Shown here piece after piece: positions 40,490 through 48,688 of a stretch of 58,213 nucleotides of DNA. Each line of letters starts with the position of its first letter. Position 1 is the first letter of the stretch. This DNA comes from a virus (Duplodnaviria; Caudoviricetes). The position numbers and the translations under genes were made by a program. The notes under the pieces were generated by a model. It worked only from the letters and a program-made list of their open reading frames with translations. It had not been told where the DNA came from and did no database searches. Where the stretch lies: positions 1-58,213 of IMG/VR virus record IMGVR_UViG_3300043466_000797, one strand, 5' to 3'.

Positions 40490-42272
40490 TTTCTCTGACT
40501 TTCTTGATGCGCTAGACGGAGATCTTTTTGAAGAAAGTCCAGTAACGATAGAAGAATTCGTTACTGATAATAATTATCTAGACCTACCTCCATTGTCTGA
40601 TTACCAATACCAGGCAATTAGAGCCATGACTCAGGTTTATAAAAAAGAAACACTAACCAAGTGGTTGGGTACAGAAAATGGAGAAAAAAGATGGACGCAG
40701 ACCTGTAATGAAGTAATCTTGCAGATTGGAAAAGGTGGAGGTAAAGACTTTATTTCCACCATTGGTTGTGCATATGTAGTTCACTTGCTTCTATGCCTTA
40801 AAGATCCAGCAAAGTATTATGGCAAACCACCAGGAGATTCAATTGATATTATTAACATTGCTATCAACGCAGTTCAAGCGAACCGCGTCTTTTTTAAAGG
40901 AATTAAAAGAATCGTTGAACGATCTCCCTGGTTCCAGGGAAGATATATTCCAAAGGCGAACTCTATCGAATTTGATAAATCCATCACTATTCATTCAGGA
41001 CACTCAGAAGCAGAATCATGGGAAGGATACAACGTACTAATAGCGATCCTTGACGAGATATCAGGATTTGAATTAGAAAATACTACTGGTAGACAAAGCC
41101 CAAAAACATCTTCTGCTATTTATAAAATGTATAAAGGATCGGTAGATTCACGATTCCCAGATTTTGGGAAGGTTGTTATGCTTTCATTCCCAAGATTTAG
41201 GAATGACTTTATCCAACAAAAATATAATGAAGCGGTAGCAGAAAAAGAAACAGTTATTAGAGCGTACACCTTTAAAATAGATCCAGATCTACCAGATGGT
41301 CAAGAAGAGAATGAATTCTCTATTGAGTGGGAGGAAGATCATATTGCTTCATATACCCTGCCAAAGATGTTTGCATTAAAGAGGCCAACGTGGGACTTTA
41401 ATCCTACTAGGAAAATAACAGACTTTACAGTTGCATTCTACAAAGATCCGCTAGACGCCTTTACTAGATTTGCTTGTATGCCTCCAGAAGCAACAGATGC
41501 ATTCTTTAAGTCACGGGAAAAGATAGAAATTGCATTTTCTAATCCTAAGATTCTTGTAGATACAGATGGAAGATTTGATAGTTCGTTTATCCCACAACAG
41601 GATAAAGAATATTTTGTCCACGTTGACTTAGCGCAAAAACATGACAATTGTGCAGTATCTCTTTCCCATGTAGATTCATGGGTTCAGATGAAGATCGCTG
41701 GAACATTTACTGAGGCTTCTCCCCGTGTAATTGTAGATGCAGTTAGATACTGGCAGCCTACCTCTACACAAAGTGTTGACTTGTCTGAAGTAAAAGACTA
41801 TATTATTCAATTGCGTGAGCGCGGATTTAATTTAAGGATAGTCACATTTGACAGATGGAATTCTCATGACATGATGCAACAGTTAAAGGCATATGGCATA
41901 AATACAGAAATTCTTTCTGTTGGAAAGAAACATTATGAAGACTTTGCCATGTTAATAACTGAAGAAAGAGTTCATGGTCCAAACCTTAAACTATTAATTG
42001 ATGAACTACTACAACTAAGAATTCGCGGAGATAAAGTAGATCATCCTAGAAAGGGAAGTAAAGACTTAGCAGACGCCGTGTGTGGATCAATATATAATGC
42101 TATTGCTAAGACCCGCCGCGACCAAATGCAGGAAATAGAAATATACTCCTACGATATGCTTGAATCTGATAGCGATAGAGAGTTACAATTAAGAGGTGGA
42201 AGGATAAGGAATGAAAATCTTATTATGCCACCAAATATATCAAATGCTCTAGACAGCATGGAAATAATATAA
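40482..42272 (+). CDS. terminase large subunit
   Basis: GKGGGKD Walker A, ILDE Walker B, HVDLA, FDRWNS, DHP...SKDLADA. Confidence 0.9.
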   Translation: MVDFSDFLDALDGDLFEESPVTIEEFVTDNNYLDLPPLSDYQYQAIRAMTQVYKKETLTKWLGTENGEKRWTQTCNEVILQIGKGGGKDFISTIGCAYVVHLLLCLKDPAKYYGKPPGDSIDIINIAINAVQANRVFFKGIKRIVERSPWFQGRYIPKANSIEFDKSITIHSGHSEAESWEGYNVLIAILDEISGFELENTTGRQSPKTSSAIYKMYKGSVDSRFPDFGKVVMLSFPRFRNDFIQQKYNEAVAEKETVIRAYTFKIDPDLPDGQEENEFSIEWEEDHIASYTLPKMFALKRPTWDFNPTRKITDFTVAFYKDPLDAFTRFACMPPEATDAFFKSREKIEIAFSNPKILVDTDGRFDSSFIPQQDKEYFVHVDLAQKHDNCAVSLSHVDSWVQMKIAGTFTEASPRVIVDAVRYWQPTSTQSVDLSEVKDYIIQLRERGFNLRIVTFDRWNSHDMMQQLKAYGINTEILSVGKKHYEDFAMLITEERVHGPNLKLLIDELLQLRIRGDKVDHPRKGSKDLADAVCGSIYNAIAKTRRDQMQEIEIYSYDMLESDSDRELQLRGGRIRNENLIMPPNISNALDSMEII

Positions 42273-42288
42273 TATAGTAATACTGTAC

Positions 42289-42362
42289 GGGGCGGTGGCG
42301 CAGTCGGTGAGCGCAGTACTCTTATAAGGTAAAGGTCGTGGGTTCAAGTCCCACCCGCCCTA
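42289..42362 (+). tRNA. tRNA-Ile(UAU)
   Basis: Cloverleaf GGGGCGG/CCGCCCT; anticodon loop CT-TAT-AA; TTCAAGT T-loop. Confidence 0.85.
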
Positions 42363-42363
42363 C

Positions 42364-42499
42364 GGTTGCAGATGGCAATATCTTAGGATGGTGTAGTTAC
42401 ATACAAATATCCCGTTAATGCGAGTCTGTGCGAGTTGAAAGCGTTGAATTCGTTTCTAGCGTCTTTCGTGCGTAAGAGGGTTCGTAGCCGTCTGCAACT
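42364..42499 (+). ncRNA. unidentified structured RNA between two tRNAs
   Basis: 13-bp terminal helix with G-U pairs and internal hairpins. Confidence 0.55.
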
Positions 42500-42501
42500 T
42501 A

Positions 42502-42575
42502 CGGGATGTGGCGCAGTTTGGTAGCGCACCTGCTTTGGGAGCAGGGGGTCGGAGGTTCAAATCCTCTCATCCCGA
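42502..42575 (+). tRNA. tRNA-Pro(UGG)
   Basis: CGGGATG/CATCCCG; loop TT-TGG-GA. Confidence 0.95.
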
Positions 42576-42576
42576 C

Positions 42577-42864
42577 ATGGAAATATTATTTGGTTTAACT
42601 ATAGTTATGGTAGCAATAGAGGCTATATCGGTCTATTACATTATTAGGCATGTTAAACAAATAAGTTCTGGGTTTAATAAATATGTGTCAAACATTAATG
42701 ACAGTAGTGAAATTAATGAAACAATAAATATATACCAAGAAAAGATTTTAGAATTAGAAGAAAAGAATAAAAAACTTAGTTTAGAGAATAAACTGCTTCA
42801 GGAAAAAATAAGCAAGATAAGCAAGCAAATGAAACAAATTAGTGATCATTTTAAACCAAACTGA
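42577..42864 (+). CDS. membrane-anchored coiled-coil protein
   Basis: ATG right after tRNA-Pro; N-terminal hydrophobic helix. Confidence 0.6.
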   Translation: MEILFGLTIVMVAIEAISVYYIIRHVKQISSGFNKYVSNINDSSEINETINIYQEKILELEEKNKKLSLENKLLQEKISKISKQMKQISDHFKPN

Positions 42865-42876
42865 TATAATTAATGT

Positions 42877-43113
42877 ATGGGAGACTCAATGGAAACTGAA
42901 GTTCAGGAAGAAGTAAGAGTTCTTACCAGAAGCGATAGGTGTGATGCTCCAAAGTGTCCTGCCCAGGCATGGGTTATCGCTAAGTTTGTAACAGGCGAGT
43001 TGTATTTTTGTGGTCACCACTTTGATAAGTATGAAGTTAGCATTATTCGTGATGCTTATGATATTGTAGATGAAAGAGAATTTATCAATGCTAAATCAGA
43101 ATCTTCTGCTTAG
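42877..43113 (+). CDS. small Cys/His protein of actinobacterial type
   Basis: LT..DRCD..C.AQA...L.FC.HH; TGATATAAT 42862-42870. Confidence 0.65.
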   Translation: MGDSMETEVQEEVRVLTRSDRCDAPKCPAQAWVIAKFVTGELYFCGHHFDKYEVSIIRDAYDIVDEREFINAKSESSA

Positions 43114-43597
43114 TAAAAAAGATAAAATAAAACTTGTCAGAGAACGTGATGGATTTACATGTGCTATATGCTCAAAGGATTTTAAGGCAAACTCTGATGT
43201 AACATTAGATCATTGGATTCCCCGATCAGCGGGAGGGTCAGAAGATGTATCTAATTTAAGACTTGCTCATAAAAAATGTAACGCATGGAAAAGTGATAGG
43301 ATTCCAAATGAAGATGGAACAATTCCTCCGCGCCCTCCAAGGGCTAATTATCAGGATAGAAAGCGGAGAAAGCAGGAAATACTAGAGGCTTTATGTACTG
43401 ATTGTTATGACGGCAGACTACTTCTTGAAGGAGAAAACTGTCCGATATGCGGAATTCCTGCTGGTCCACACGACTGGCCCCATTGGGCAAAGCGTCCAGC
43501 AAATAAATGTGATCATACACCGCCAGAATGGTGCTGGGCATGTTCTATTGGCATAGTTGACAGGAAGCCAGTATTTTTGGTACTCTTAGAGGGATAG
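43070..43597 (+). CDS. HNH endonuclease with C-terminal Zn cluster
   Basis: RDG..C.IC, TLDHWIPRS.GG, NLRLAH..CN..K. Confidence 0.85.
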   Translation: MKENLSMLNQNLLLSKKDKIKLVRERDGFTCAICSKDFKANSDVTLDHWIPRSAGGSEDVSNLRLAHKKCNAWKSDRIPNEDGTIPPRPPRANYQDRKRRKQEILEALCTDCYDGRLLLEGENCPICGIPAGPHDWPHWAKRPANKCDHTPPEWCWACSIGIVDRKPVFLVLLEG

Positions 43598-43601
43598 GTA
43601 A

Positions 43602-43672
43602 TCCCCGTTGGTGTAATGGCAGCACAAATGTCTTTGGAACATTTAGTCGAAGTTCGAATCTTTGACGGGGAG
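43602..43672 (+). tRNA. tRNA-Gln(UUG)
   Basis: TCCCCGT/ACGGGGA; loop CT-TTG-GA. Confidence 0.92.
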
Positions 43673-43686
43673 CGGGAGGAGATAAT

Positions 43687-44082
43687 ATGCCTTGGAAAAT
43701 AGTAAGAGACTTTGGTGACTGCAATGGATATGCAGTAGTCAAAGAAGGAACGAGTGAAATTGAAGGTTGTCATGCAACTCGCGCAGCAGCAGTTGCACAA
43801 CAACGTGCGCTATATGCTTCTGAGAACAAATCAATGCATAGTGATGAAGAAGACGAGCGCAGAGGAAAGCGTAAGAATGAACTACGCAAAAGGTCTGTAG
43901 TAGAAAATCATCCTAATTGTGACGGAGGATTTGGCGTAGTTTCTGACGATGACGGAGAATTAAAAGGATGCTATCCAACAAGAAGCGCCGCTGAAGAAGC
44001 CATTCGTCAGCACGATATGGAAGATGATGATGGTATTGATAATGTATGGAGCGGGGCGTTTAGTCCTAAAAAGAAGAAATAA
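43687..44082 (+). CDS. hypothetical protein with two internal repeats
   Basis: C.G..VV....E..GC..TR.AA unit twice; GGAGGAG RBS; ends NVWSGAF. Confidence 0.7.
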   Translation: MPWKIVRDFGDCNGYAVVKEGTSEIEGCHATRAAAVAQQRALYASENKSMHSDEEDERRGKRKNELRKRSVVENHPNCDGGFGVVSDDDGELKGCYPTRSAAEEAIRQHDMEDDDGIDNVWSGAFSPKKKK

Positions 44083-44501
44083 TGGCTATTATTATTTGTG
44101 ATATTGATGATACGCTATTAAGGAATGGAACCCAGCCAATTAGATCAACAATTGACTGGATTAATTCTCATCAATCATATACAATTGCATTAGTAACTGG
44201 GCGTCCAAGATCAACAAGGGCAAAAACTATAGCAGCATTACGAAGTGCTGGAATTAAATATAATAGTTTATATATGAATCCATATAGTACTCAAGATTCA
44301 GATAAGTGGAAGTATGAAAAAGCAGTATCATTAAATTCCCGTGGCAATGTAGTACTTGCAATTGAGAATGATGAATCTGCACGCGCAGCATATAGAAGAG
44401 CGGGTGTGCCAAAGGTGGTTTCTCCTGGCTCTTTGTCCGATAACACATTAGAAAAAGATATTTTTAAAGGTGCTTTTATAATAGAAAAGGGATACAATTG
44501 A
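44082..44501 (+). CDS. HAD phosphatase (PNK 3'-phosphatase-like)
   Basis: CDIDDTL, VTGRP, L.M.P, K. Confidence 0.75.
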   Translation: MAIIICDIDDTLLRNGTQPIRSTIDWINSHQSYTIALVTGRPRSTRAKTIAALRSAGIKYNSLYMNPYSTQDSDKWKYEKAVSLNSRGNVVLAIENDESARAAYRRAGVPKVVSPGSLSDNTLEKDIFKGAFIIEKGYN

Positions 44502-44635
44502 CACGCGATAAGGTAATTGAAAAACTTAAGGCAAAGAAGATGAAAAACTCAGCGTCTTCTACTGAGATTAGTTCTTTTATTGCAGGATGGAACCAGGCAA
44601 TCAAAGAGGCGATTGATCTTTTAGAAAAAGATTAA
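44498..44635 (+). CDS. 45-aa hypothetical protein
   Basis: TTGA overlap with upstream stop; MTRDKVIEKL...GWNQAIKEA. Confidence 0.5.
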   Translation: MTRDKVIEKLKAKKMKNSASSTEISSFIAGWNQAIKEAIDLLEKD

Positions 44636-44641
44636 TCTTCC

Positions 44642-44712
44642 GCGAGTGTGGTGTAGAGGTAACACATCTGCCTTCCAAGCAGTTATCGCCAGTTCGATTC
44701 TGGTCACTCGCT
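44642..44712 (+). tRNA. tRNA-Gly(UCC)
   Basis: GCGAGTG/CACTCGC; loop CT-TCC-AA. Confidence 0.93.
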
Positions 44713-44716
44713 CTAG

Positions 44717-44789
44717 GTGCCTGTGGCGCAACGGAGAGCGCAAATGGTTTCTACCCATTAGGTTGGGGGTTCGAATCCCTCCAGGCACA
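44717..44789 (+). tRNA. tRNA-Arg(UCU)
   Basis: GTGCCTG/CAGGCAC; loop TT-TCT-AC. Confidence 0.92.
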
Positions 44790-44790
44790 C

Positions 44791-44907
44791 ATGAAAAAGA
44801 TATGTCACAATTGTAAAGTTGAAAAAGATCTAGAGCAATTTTTATTAGTGCCAGGACAAAGAGTTGGTGTCAGAGGAGTTTGCTCAGACTGTCTTAGGGC
44901 CAGATAG
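44791..44907 (+). CDS. 38-aa CxxC...CxxC zinc-finger peptide
   Basis: MKKICHNCKVEK...VCSDCLRAR; starts after tRNA-Arg, stop lies inside tRNA-Tyr. Confidence 0.45.
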   Translation: MKKICHNCKVEKDLEQFLLVPGQRVGVRGVCSDCLRAR

Positions 44908-44980
44908 TCCCCAAGGTGGGGAAGGTGACTGTAAATCACCCGCGAAAGCATGGGGAGTTCGATTCTCTCATCTGGCACCA
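44899..44980 (+). tRNA. tRNA-Tyr(GUA)
   Basis: GCCAGAT/ATCTGGC, loop CT-GTA-AA, long variable arm, encoded CCA. Confidence 0.85.
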
Positions 44981-44981
44981 T

Positions 44982-45068
44982 GGAAGTATGGCAGAGTGGT
45001 TATTGCAACGGTTTGCTAAACCGTGATCGGGTAATACTGATCCATAGGTTCGAATCCTATTACTTCCG
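44982..45068 (+). tRNA. tRNA-Ser(GCU)
   Basis: GGAAGTA/TACTTCC, loop TT-GCT-AA, long variable arm. Confidence 0.92.
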
Positions 45069-45077
45069 CTCTGCTTA

Positions 45078-45154
45078 TGGCGTGTAGCACAATTGGCAGT
45101 TGCAGTCGGCTGTTAACCGACAGGTTGTAGGTTCGAATCCTACCACGCCAGCCA
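45078..45154 (+). tRNA. tRNA-Asn(GUU)
   Basis: TGGCGTG/CACGCCA, loop CT-GTT-AA, encoded CCA. Confidence 0.9.
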
Positions 45155-45233
45155 TGATATAATCGTACTGTAAGAATTCCCATTTTCTTATGATGGTAAC
45201 AACTTTCATTAAAAAAATAGGAGAATTTGAAAC

Positions 45234-45623
45234 ATGAAGAAAAATAAAAAAATTATTTTAATAGCAGGAGCCTTCCTCTCTGCCATGGCCTTATCAAGTG
45301 TCGGGACAGCATATGCTATAGAAATGATTAACGTTACAATACCCGTATTCCCTGCTCTTGGAGAGGCAACAGCAGTAGGCTGTGATACTAATGGAGTAGG
45401 AACAACATATACATACGGTAATAGCAGTTCTAATGGAGTTAAGGTTACTGGAATAACTGTTTCTGGAATAGATGCACAATGTAAAAACACTATGGTAGAG
45501 TTTCTTCAATCTGGTGTTGTTGTAGCAACCTATAATTCAGCAGTAACAAATAATGCATCAACAATGACCACAAATATTTTTACTGGTCAGTTTAATGATG
45601 TTCGTGTAACTCTTACACCATAA
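45234..45623 (+). CDS. secreted protein (signal peptide, two Cys)
   Basis: MKKNKK-hydrophobic-AYA; AGGAG RBS; TGATATAAT 45155-45163. Confidence 0.7.
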   Translation: MKKNKKIILIAGAFLSAMALSSVGTAYAIEMINVTIPVFPALGEATAVGCDTNGVGTTYTYGNSSSNGVKVTGITVSGIDAQCKNTMVEFLQSGVVVATYNSAVTNNASTMTTNIFTGQFNDVRVTLTP

Positions 45624-45624
45624 A

Positions 45625-45670
45625 TTATTGTGTCCCATGCCCTGAATATTCAGGGTATGGGATATAATAA
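45625..45670 (+). terminator. about 21-bp hairpin overlapping next -10 box
   Basis: TTATTGTGTCCCATGCCCTGA / TCAGGGTATGGGATATAATAA with G-U pairs. Confidence 0.55.
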
Positions 45671-45674
45671 AGTT

Positions 45675-45800
45675 ATGAATAATGTTATCACTACCGAAAC
45701 AATAAGACAGGGCGGTGGAGGAATAACAAATCCAGAACATAAAGATGGAAAAATAAAAATAGGAAAATCTCCATTAAAAGTAAGGCGTGGTAAGAAGTAA
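45675..45800 (+). CDS. 41-aa basic protein
   Basis: ATG 6 nt after TATAAT; MNNVITTETIRQGGGG...RRGKK. Confidence 0.45.
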   Translation: MNNVITTETIRQGGGGITNPEHKDGKIKIGKSPLKVRRGKK

Positions 45801-45904
45801 TGTTTACATTTTATTGCCTCGTTAAACACAATGGTAACTACTACCTCAAGCCTTACATTACTATTTATAATAATATGATTGAAATAGTAAATTATCCAAA
45901 ATCG

Positions 45905-45933
45905 TTGACCATATCGTAATATTCCCGTATAAT
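45905..45933 (+). promoter_or_regulatory. housekeeping-sigma promoter
   Basis: TTGACC-N17-TATAAT. Confidence 0.75.
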
Positions 45934-45965
45934 AGAATTCATGTTGCCGCCACAAGGAGGTCAAT

Positions 45966-46580
45966 ATGACGACAATAAACCGATTTGGTGCTGCATTAGT
46001 ATCAACAATAACAGTATTATCAATGATACTAATCTCTCCAAACCTGGCGTATGCTAAGTCTACGCCTTTGGCGGAAGGTACAGGAAACCTTGCCACCGCT
46101 GATACATTAGAAAGAAGGGCAATAACAGATAGAAACTGGACATTGCCATCTAATTGTAATGATAAGCAAGCAAAGATATTGTTTAAGGCGGGTTTTAATA
46201 GACCTGGGATGCTTAGAGGAGCCTGGGCAATTACCTGGCGTGAATCAAAGCACCAGTCACTTGATGAATCTAGCAGATATTTTACAGGTGCCCTAGGAAC
46301 TTGGCAAATCCAGACAAGTGCATGGTCTGGTAGATCCTGGTGGTCTAGAGATAATATGTTAGACAAGGAAAAGCAATCAGAAATTGTAAGGAAGCATTTC
46401 CTTAATGATGGAATGCATAATTGGGGCTATGGATATTCATTTAAGAATGATTCATGGTACGAGAATGCAGGAATGTATTATTCCCTCTGGGGATCTGGAT
46501 TAACTTATTCATGGGTTATTGCACCATTCAATACTGGATGGTCTTTATTCCCAAAGAAATGTACCCCAGAAAAGATTTAA
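45966..46580 (+). CDS. secreted lysozyme-like/lytic transglycosylase
   Basis: Signal peptide (AYA); AWAI.WRES catalytic Glu; G.WQI; AGGAGG RBS. Confidence 0.7.
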   Translation: MTTINRFGAALVSTITVLSMILISPNLAYAKSTPLAEGTGNLATADTLERRAITDRNWTLPSNCNDKQAKILFKAGFNRPGMLRGAWAITWRESKHQSLDESSRYFTGALGTWQIQTSAWSGRSWWSRDNMLDKEKQSEIVRKHFLNDGMHNWGYGYSFKNDSWYENAGMYYSLWGSGLTYSWVIAPFNTGWSLFPKKCTPEKI

Positions 46581-46633
46581 ATGATAGAATTGTATTCTAG
46601 GCGCAAATAAAATTGCGGCAACAGCCTAGGATC

Positions 46634-46707
46634 GCCTCAGTAACTCAGTTGGCTAGAGTATCCGCCTTGTAAGCGGAAAGTCATCGGTTCGAATCCGATC
46701 TGAGGCT
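46634..46707 (+). tRNA. tRNA-Thr(UGU)
   Basis: GCCTCAG/CTGAGGC; loop CT-TGT-AA; TGATAGAAT at 46582-46590. Confidence 0.95.
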
Positions 46708-46708
46708 C

Positions 46709-47023
46709 ATGGATCATAGTAATGATGAAATAGAACACTTCATGAATTACTTAGAAGATGAAGGTGTCCTAGAATGGGTAGGAATGACTCTTGACGGGGA
46801 TAGAACCTTTGTTTTTAATTTTGAAAAAATGTATGATATATTTCCAGAATTATATGATGCATTAGTAGATGAATTAAATAATGAATTACTTCATTTATAT
46901 GAACTGGGAATGATTACAATAGAATATAATACTGACCTTACTCCTAAATTTAGGATTACAGAGCAAGGTAGGGAGTATTTAGAGGCAAACGGAATTCCAA
47001 TACCAGAGGATTTAGAAGAATGA
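46709..47023 (+). CDS. acidic hypothetical protein (winged-helix-like)
   Basis: L.LYELG.I...FRITEQGREYL; starts right after tRNA-Thr. Confidence 0.6.
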   Translation: MDHSNDEIEHFMNYLEDEGVLEWVGMTLDGDRTFVFNFEKMYDIFPELYDALVDELNNELLHLYELGMITIEYNTDLTPKFRITEQGREYLEANGIPIPEDLEE

Positions 47024-47550
47024 ATGACAGCCGCAATGTTATTGATTATTACAAAGAATGGGAAACAGATCAGATTAAGGCTGATCTAGATACCCGCCGA
47101 CTTCCATTTATTGTCGGATTTGAGAATCTTTCTGGAGACTTTAATAAGGCTACAGGAATTCGTAATGCTAATGCTTTTATGGCGAAGGAGTGCTGGATTG
47201 TTGGAGCGCGTAAGTGGGATAAGCGTGGTGCAGTAGGAACCCAACACTATAATCACTTGAAATATGCTCCTAACCTAGATAATATTTATCTTCATGAGCC
47301 TTATGTTCGTGATGCAAGATGGGTAGCCATTGATAATGTTCCTGGCGCTATTCCAATTAATGAATATGAATGGAAGCCAGAATCTTTCATGATCTTTGGA
47401 GAAGAACAGCGTGGGCTTAGTCCAATGGCTTTGGGGATGGCAGATGATATTGTTTATATCCCCCAACTTGGAAGTGTTCGTAGTTTAAATGTAGGAACAG
47501 CAAGTGGTATAGTCATGTACGACTATATAAGTAAACTTGGCATGATATAA
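47020..47550 (+). CDS. SpoU/TrmH-family RNA methyltransferase
   Basis: IFGEEQRGLS, YIPQLGSVRSLNV..A. Confidence 0.9.
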   Translation: MNDSRNVIDYYKEWETDQIKADLDTRRLPFIVGFENLSGDFNKATGIRNANAFMAKECWIVGARKWDKRGAVGTQHYNHLKYAPNLDNIYLHEPYVRDARWVAIDNVPGAIPINEYEWKPESFMIFGEEQRGLSPMALGMADDIVYIPQLGSVRSLNVGTASGIVMYDYISKLGMI

Positions 47551-47556
47551 TAAATT

Positions 47557-48237
47557 ATGGCTAAAACATATTTACCAACTGATGGCATGGCGGCTGCTGC
47601 GCGTAGAGCCTTGCAATGGAAAAAAGAAGGAAAGCGCGGCGGCACTAGAGTAGGATTAACTAGGGCAAACCAGTTAGTTAATAAAGAACAACTATCAGAA
47701 GATACTGTTTTAAGAATGCATAGTTTCTTTTCTCGTCATGAGGTAGATAAAAAGGCTCAAGGATTTAGCCAGGGAGAGGATGGATTTCCTAGCCCTGGAA
47801 GAGTAGCATGGGATTTATGGGGCGGTGATGCAGGAGCATCATGGTCATCACAGAAAAGGGATCAAATAATGAAGGATAGAATGGAAAAGTCAATTTGGTC
47901 TGGGGTCTTTTTCCCAGCAGATAAGCCATCAGAGATGGCACTTATTCAAGAAGATGTAGAAGATGCTCCGCTAGATACAGCGGAAGTTGTTCCTACAGAT
48001 TTTGAGGTACAAAGAGAAGATATCTCTGAAGGAACTTCAGTAACGAATGAAGTACAAGAAACACCAGTATTAGATAATGTCAATGATGCTGAAGAAAAAG
48101 TTGTAGAATTATCTGAAGTTGATACTGAGCCAGTCCAACAAACTGAAGTTGTTGAAGAAACTACTACACCAGAAGTATCACAGGTTGAAGAAGTTGTAGA
48201 AACTCCTGTAGTAGAGAATGTAACAGAGACAGAATAA
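47557..48237 (+). CDS. phage head-associated-type domain plus acidic E/V/T/P tail
   Basis: RM.SFFSRHEVDK...AWDLWGGDAG domain; TGATATAAT 47543-47551. Confidence 0.55.
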   Translation: MAKTYLPTDGMAAAARRALQWKKEGKRGGTRVGLTRANQLVNKEQLSEDTVLRMHSFFSRHEVDKKAQGFSQGEDGFPSPGRVAWDLWGGDAGASWSSQKRDQIMKDRMEKSIWSGVFFPADKPSEMALIQEDVEDAPLDTAEVVPTDFEVQREDISEGTSVTNEVQETPVLDNVNDAEEKVVELSEVDTEPVQQTEVVEETTTPEVSQVEEVVETPVVENVTETE

Positions 48238-48253
48238 TTAGTTAGGTAATATA

Positions 48254-48634
48254 ATGAAGGTGCTTATTGGTGGCAGCCGTAATTGGGTTGACTACAATCA
48301 TATTGTACGAAAAATGACAATCTTGTTAGAAGACTGGGTAAGAAATAATCCAGAAGACAAGCGAATTATTTTCATACACTCAGCATCTACGCCTGCAGAA
48401 AATATGGTAACAGAATATATCGGCAAGGTTGATAAACTTTTAAAGCAAAAGGGTTACCATATAGACGAAAAGATTGTAAAGAATAATAAGCCAATTTCTG
48501 AAAACATATTTACTTCATCTAACTTAGATATTGATAAGGCAATATTTTTTATCAGAGACTCTTGCAAAAAAACACAGTCTATTGCTAATATAAGTAGTGC
48601 AATAGGAATTCCAACGGAAATAGTGAAAGGGTGA
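48254..48634 (+). CDS. SLOG/DUF2493-like protein
   Basis: MKVLIGGSRNW.DY. Confidence 0.55.
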   Translation: MKVLIGGSRNWVDYNHIVRKMTILLEDWVRNNPEDKRIIFIHSASTPAENMVTEYIGKVDKLLKQKGYHIDEKIVKNNKPISENIFTSSNLDIDKAIFFIRDSCKKTQSIANISSAIGIPTEIVKG

Positions 48635-48688
48635 TGATGATGCCAAAAGGAGATCTTTTCTCGTCTAAGTCGGCGTGACCAAAAGTTT

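Noticed and set aside
24696-42272. Inteins or introns in DnaB, DnaE, RecA or terminase
   Set aside because: Lengths are normal, motifs are contiguous and no splice-junction motifs were seen.
42364-42499. HDV-like (theta) ribozyme or tenth tRNA
   Set aside because: The ends pair with each other in one long helix; I saw no nested double pseudoknot and no proper T-arm/anticodon geometry.
42508-42576. N-terminal extension of ORF 42508-42864
   Set aside because: It is the tRNA-Pro sequence; the likely start is 42577.
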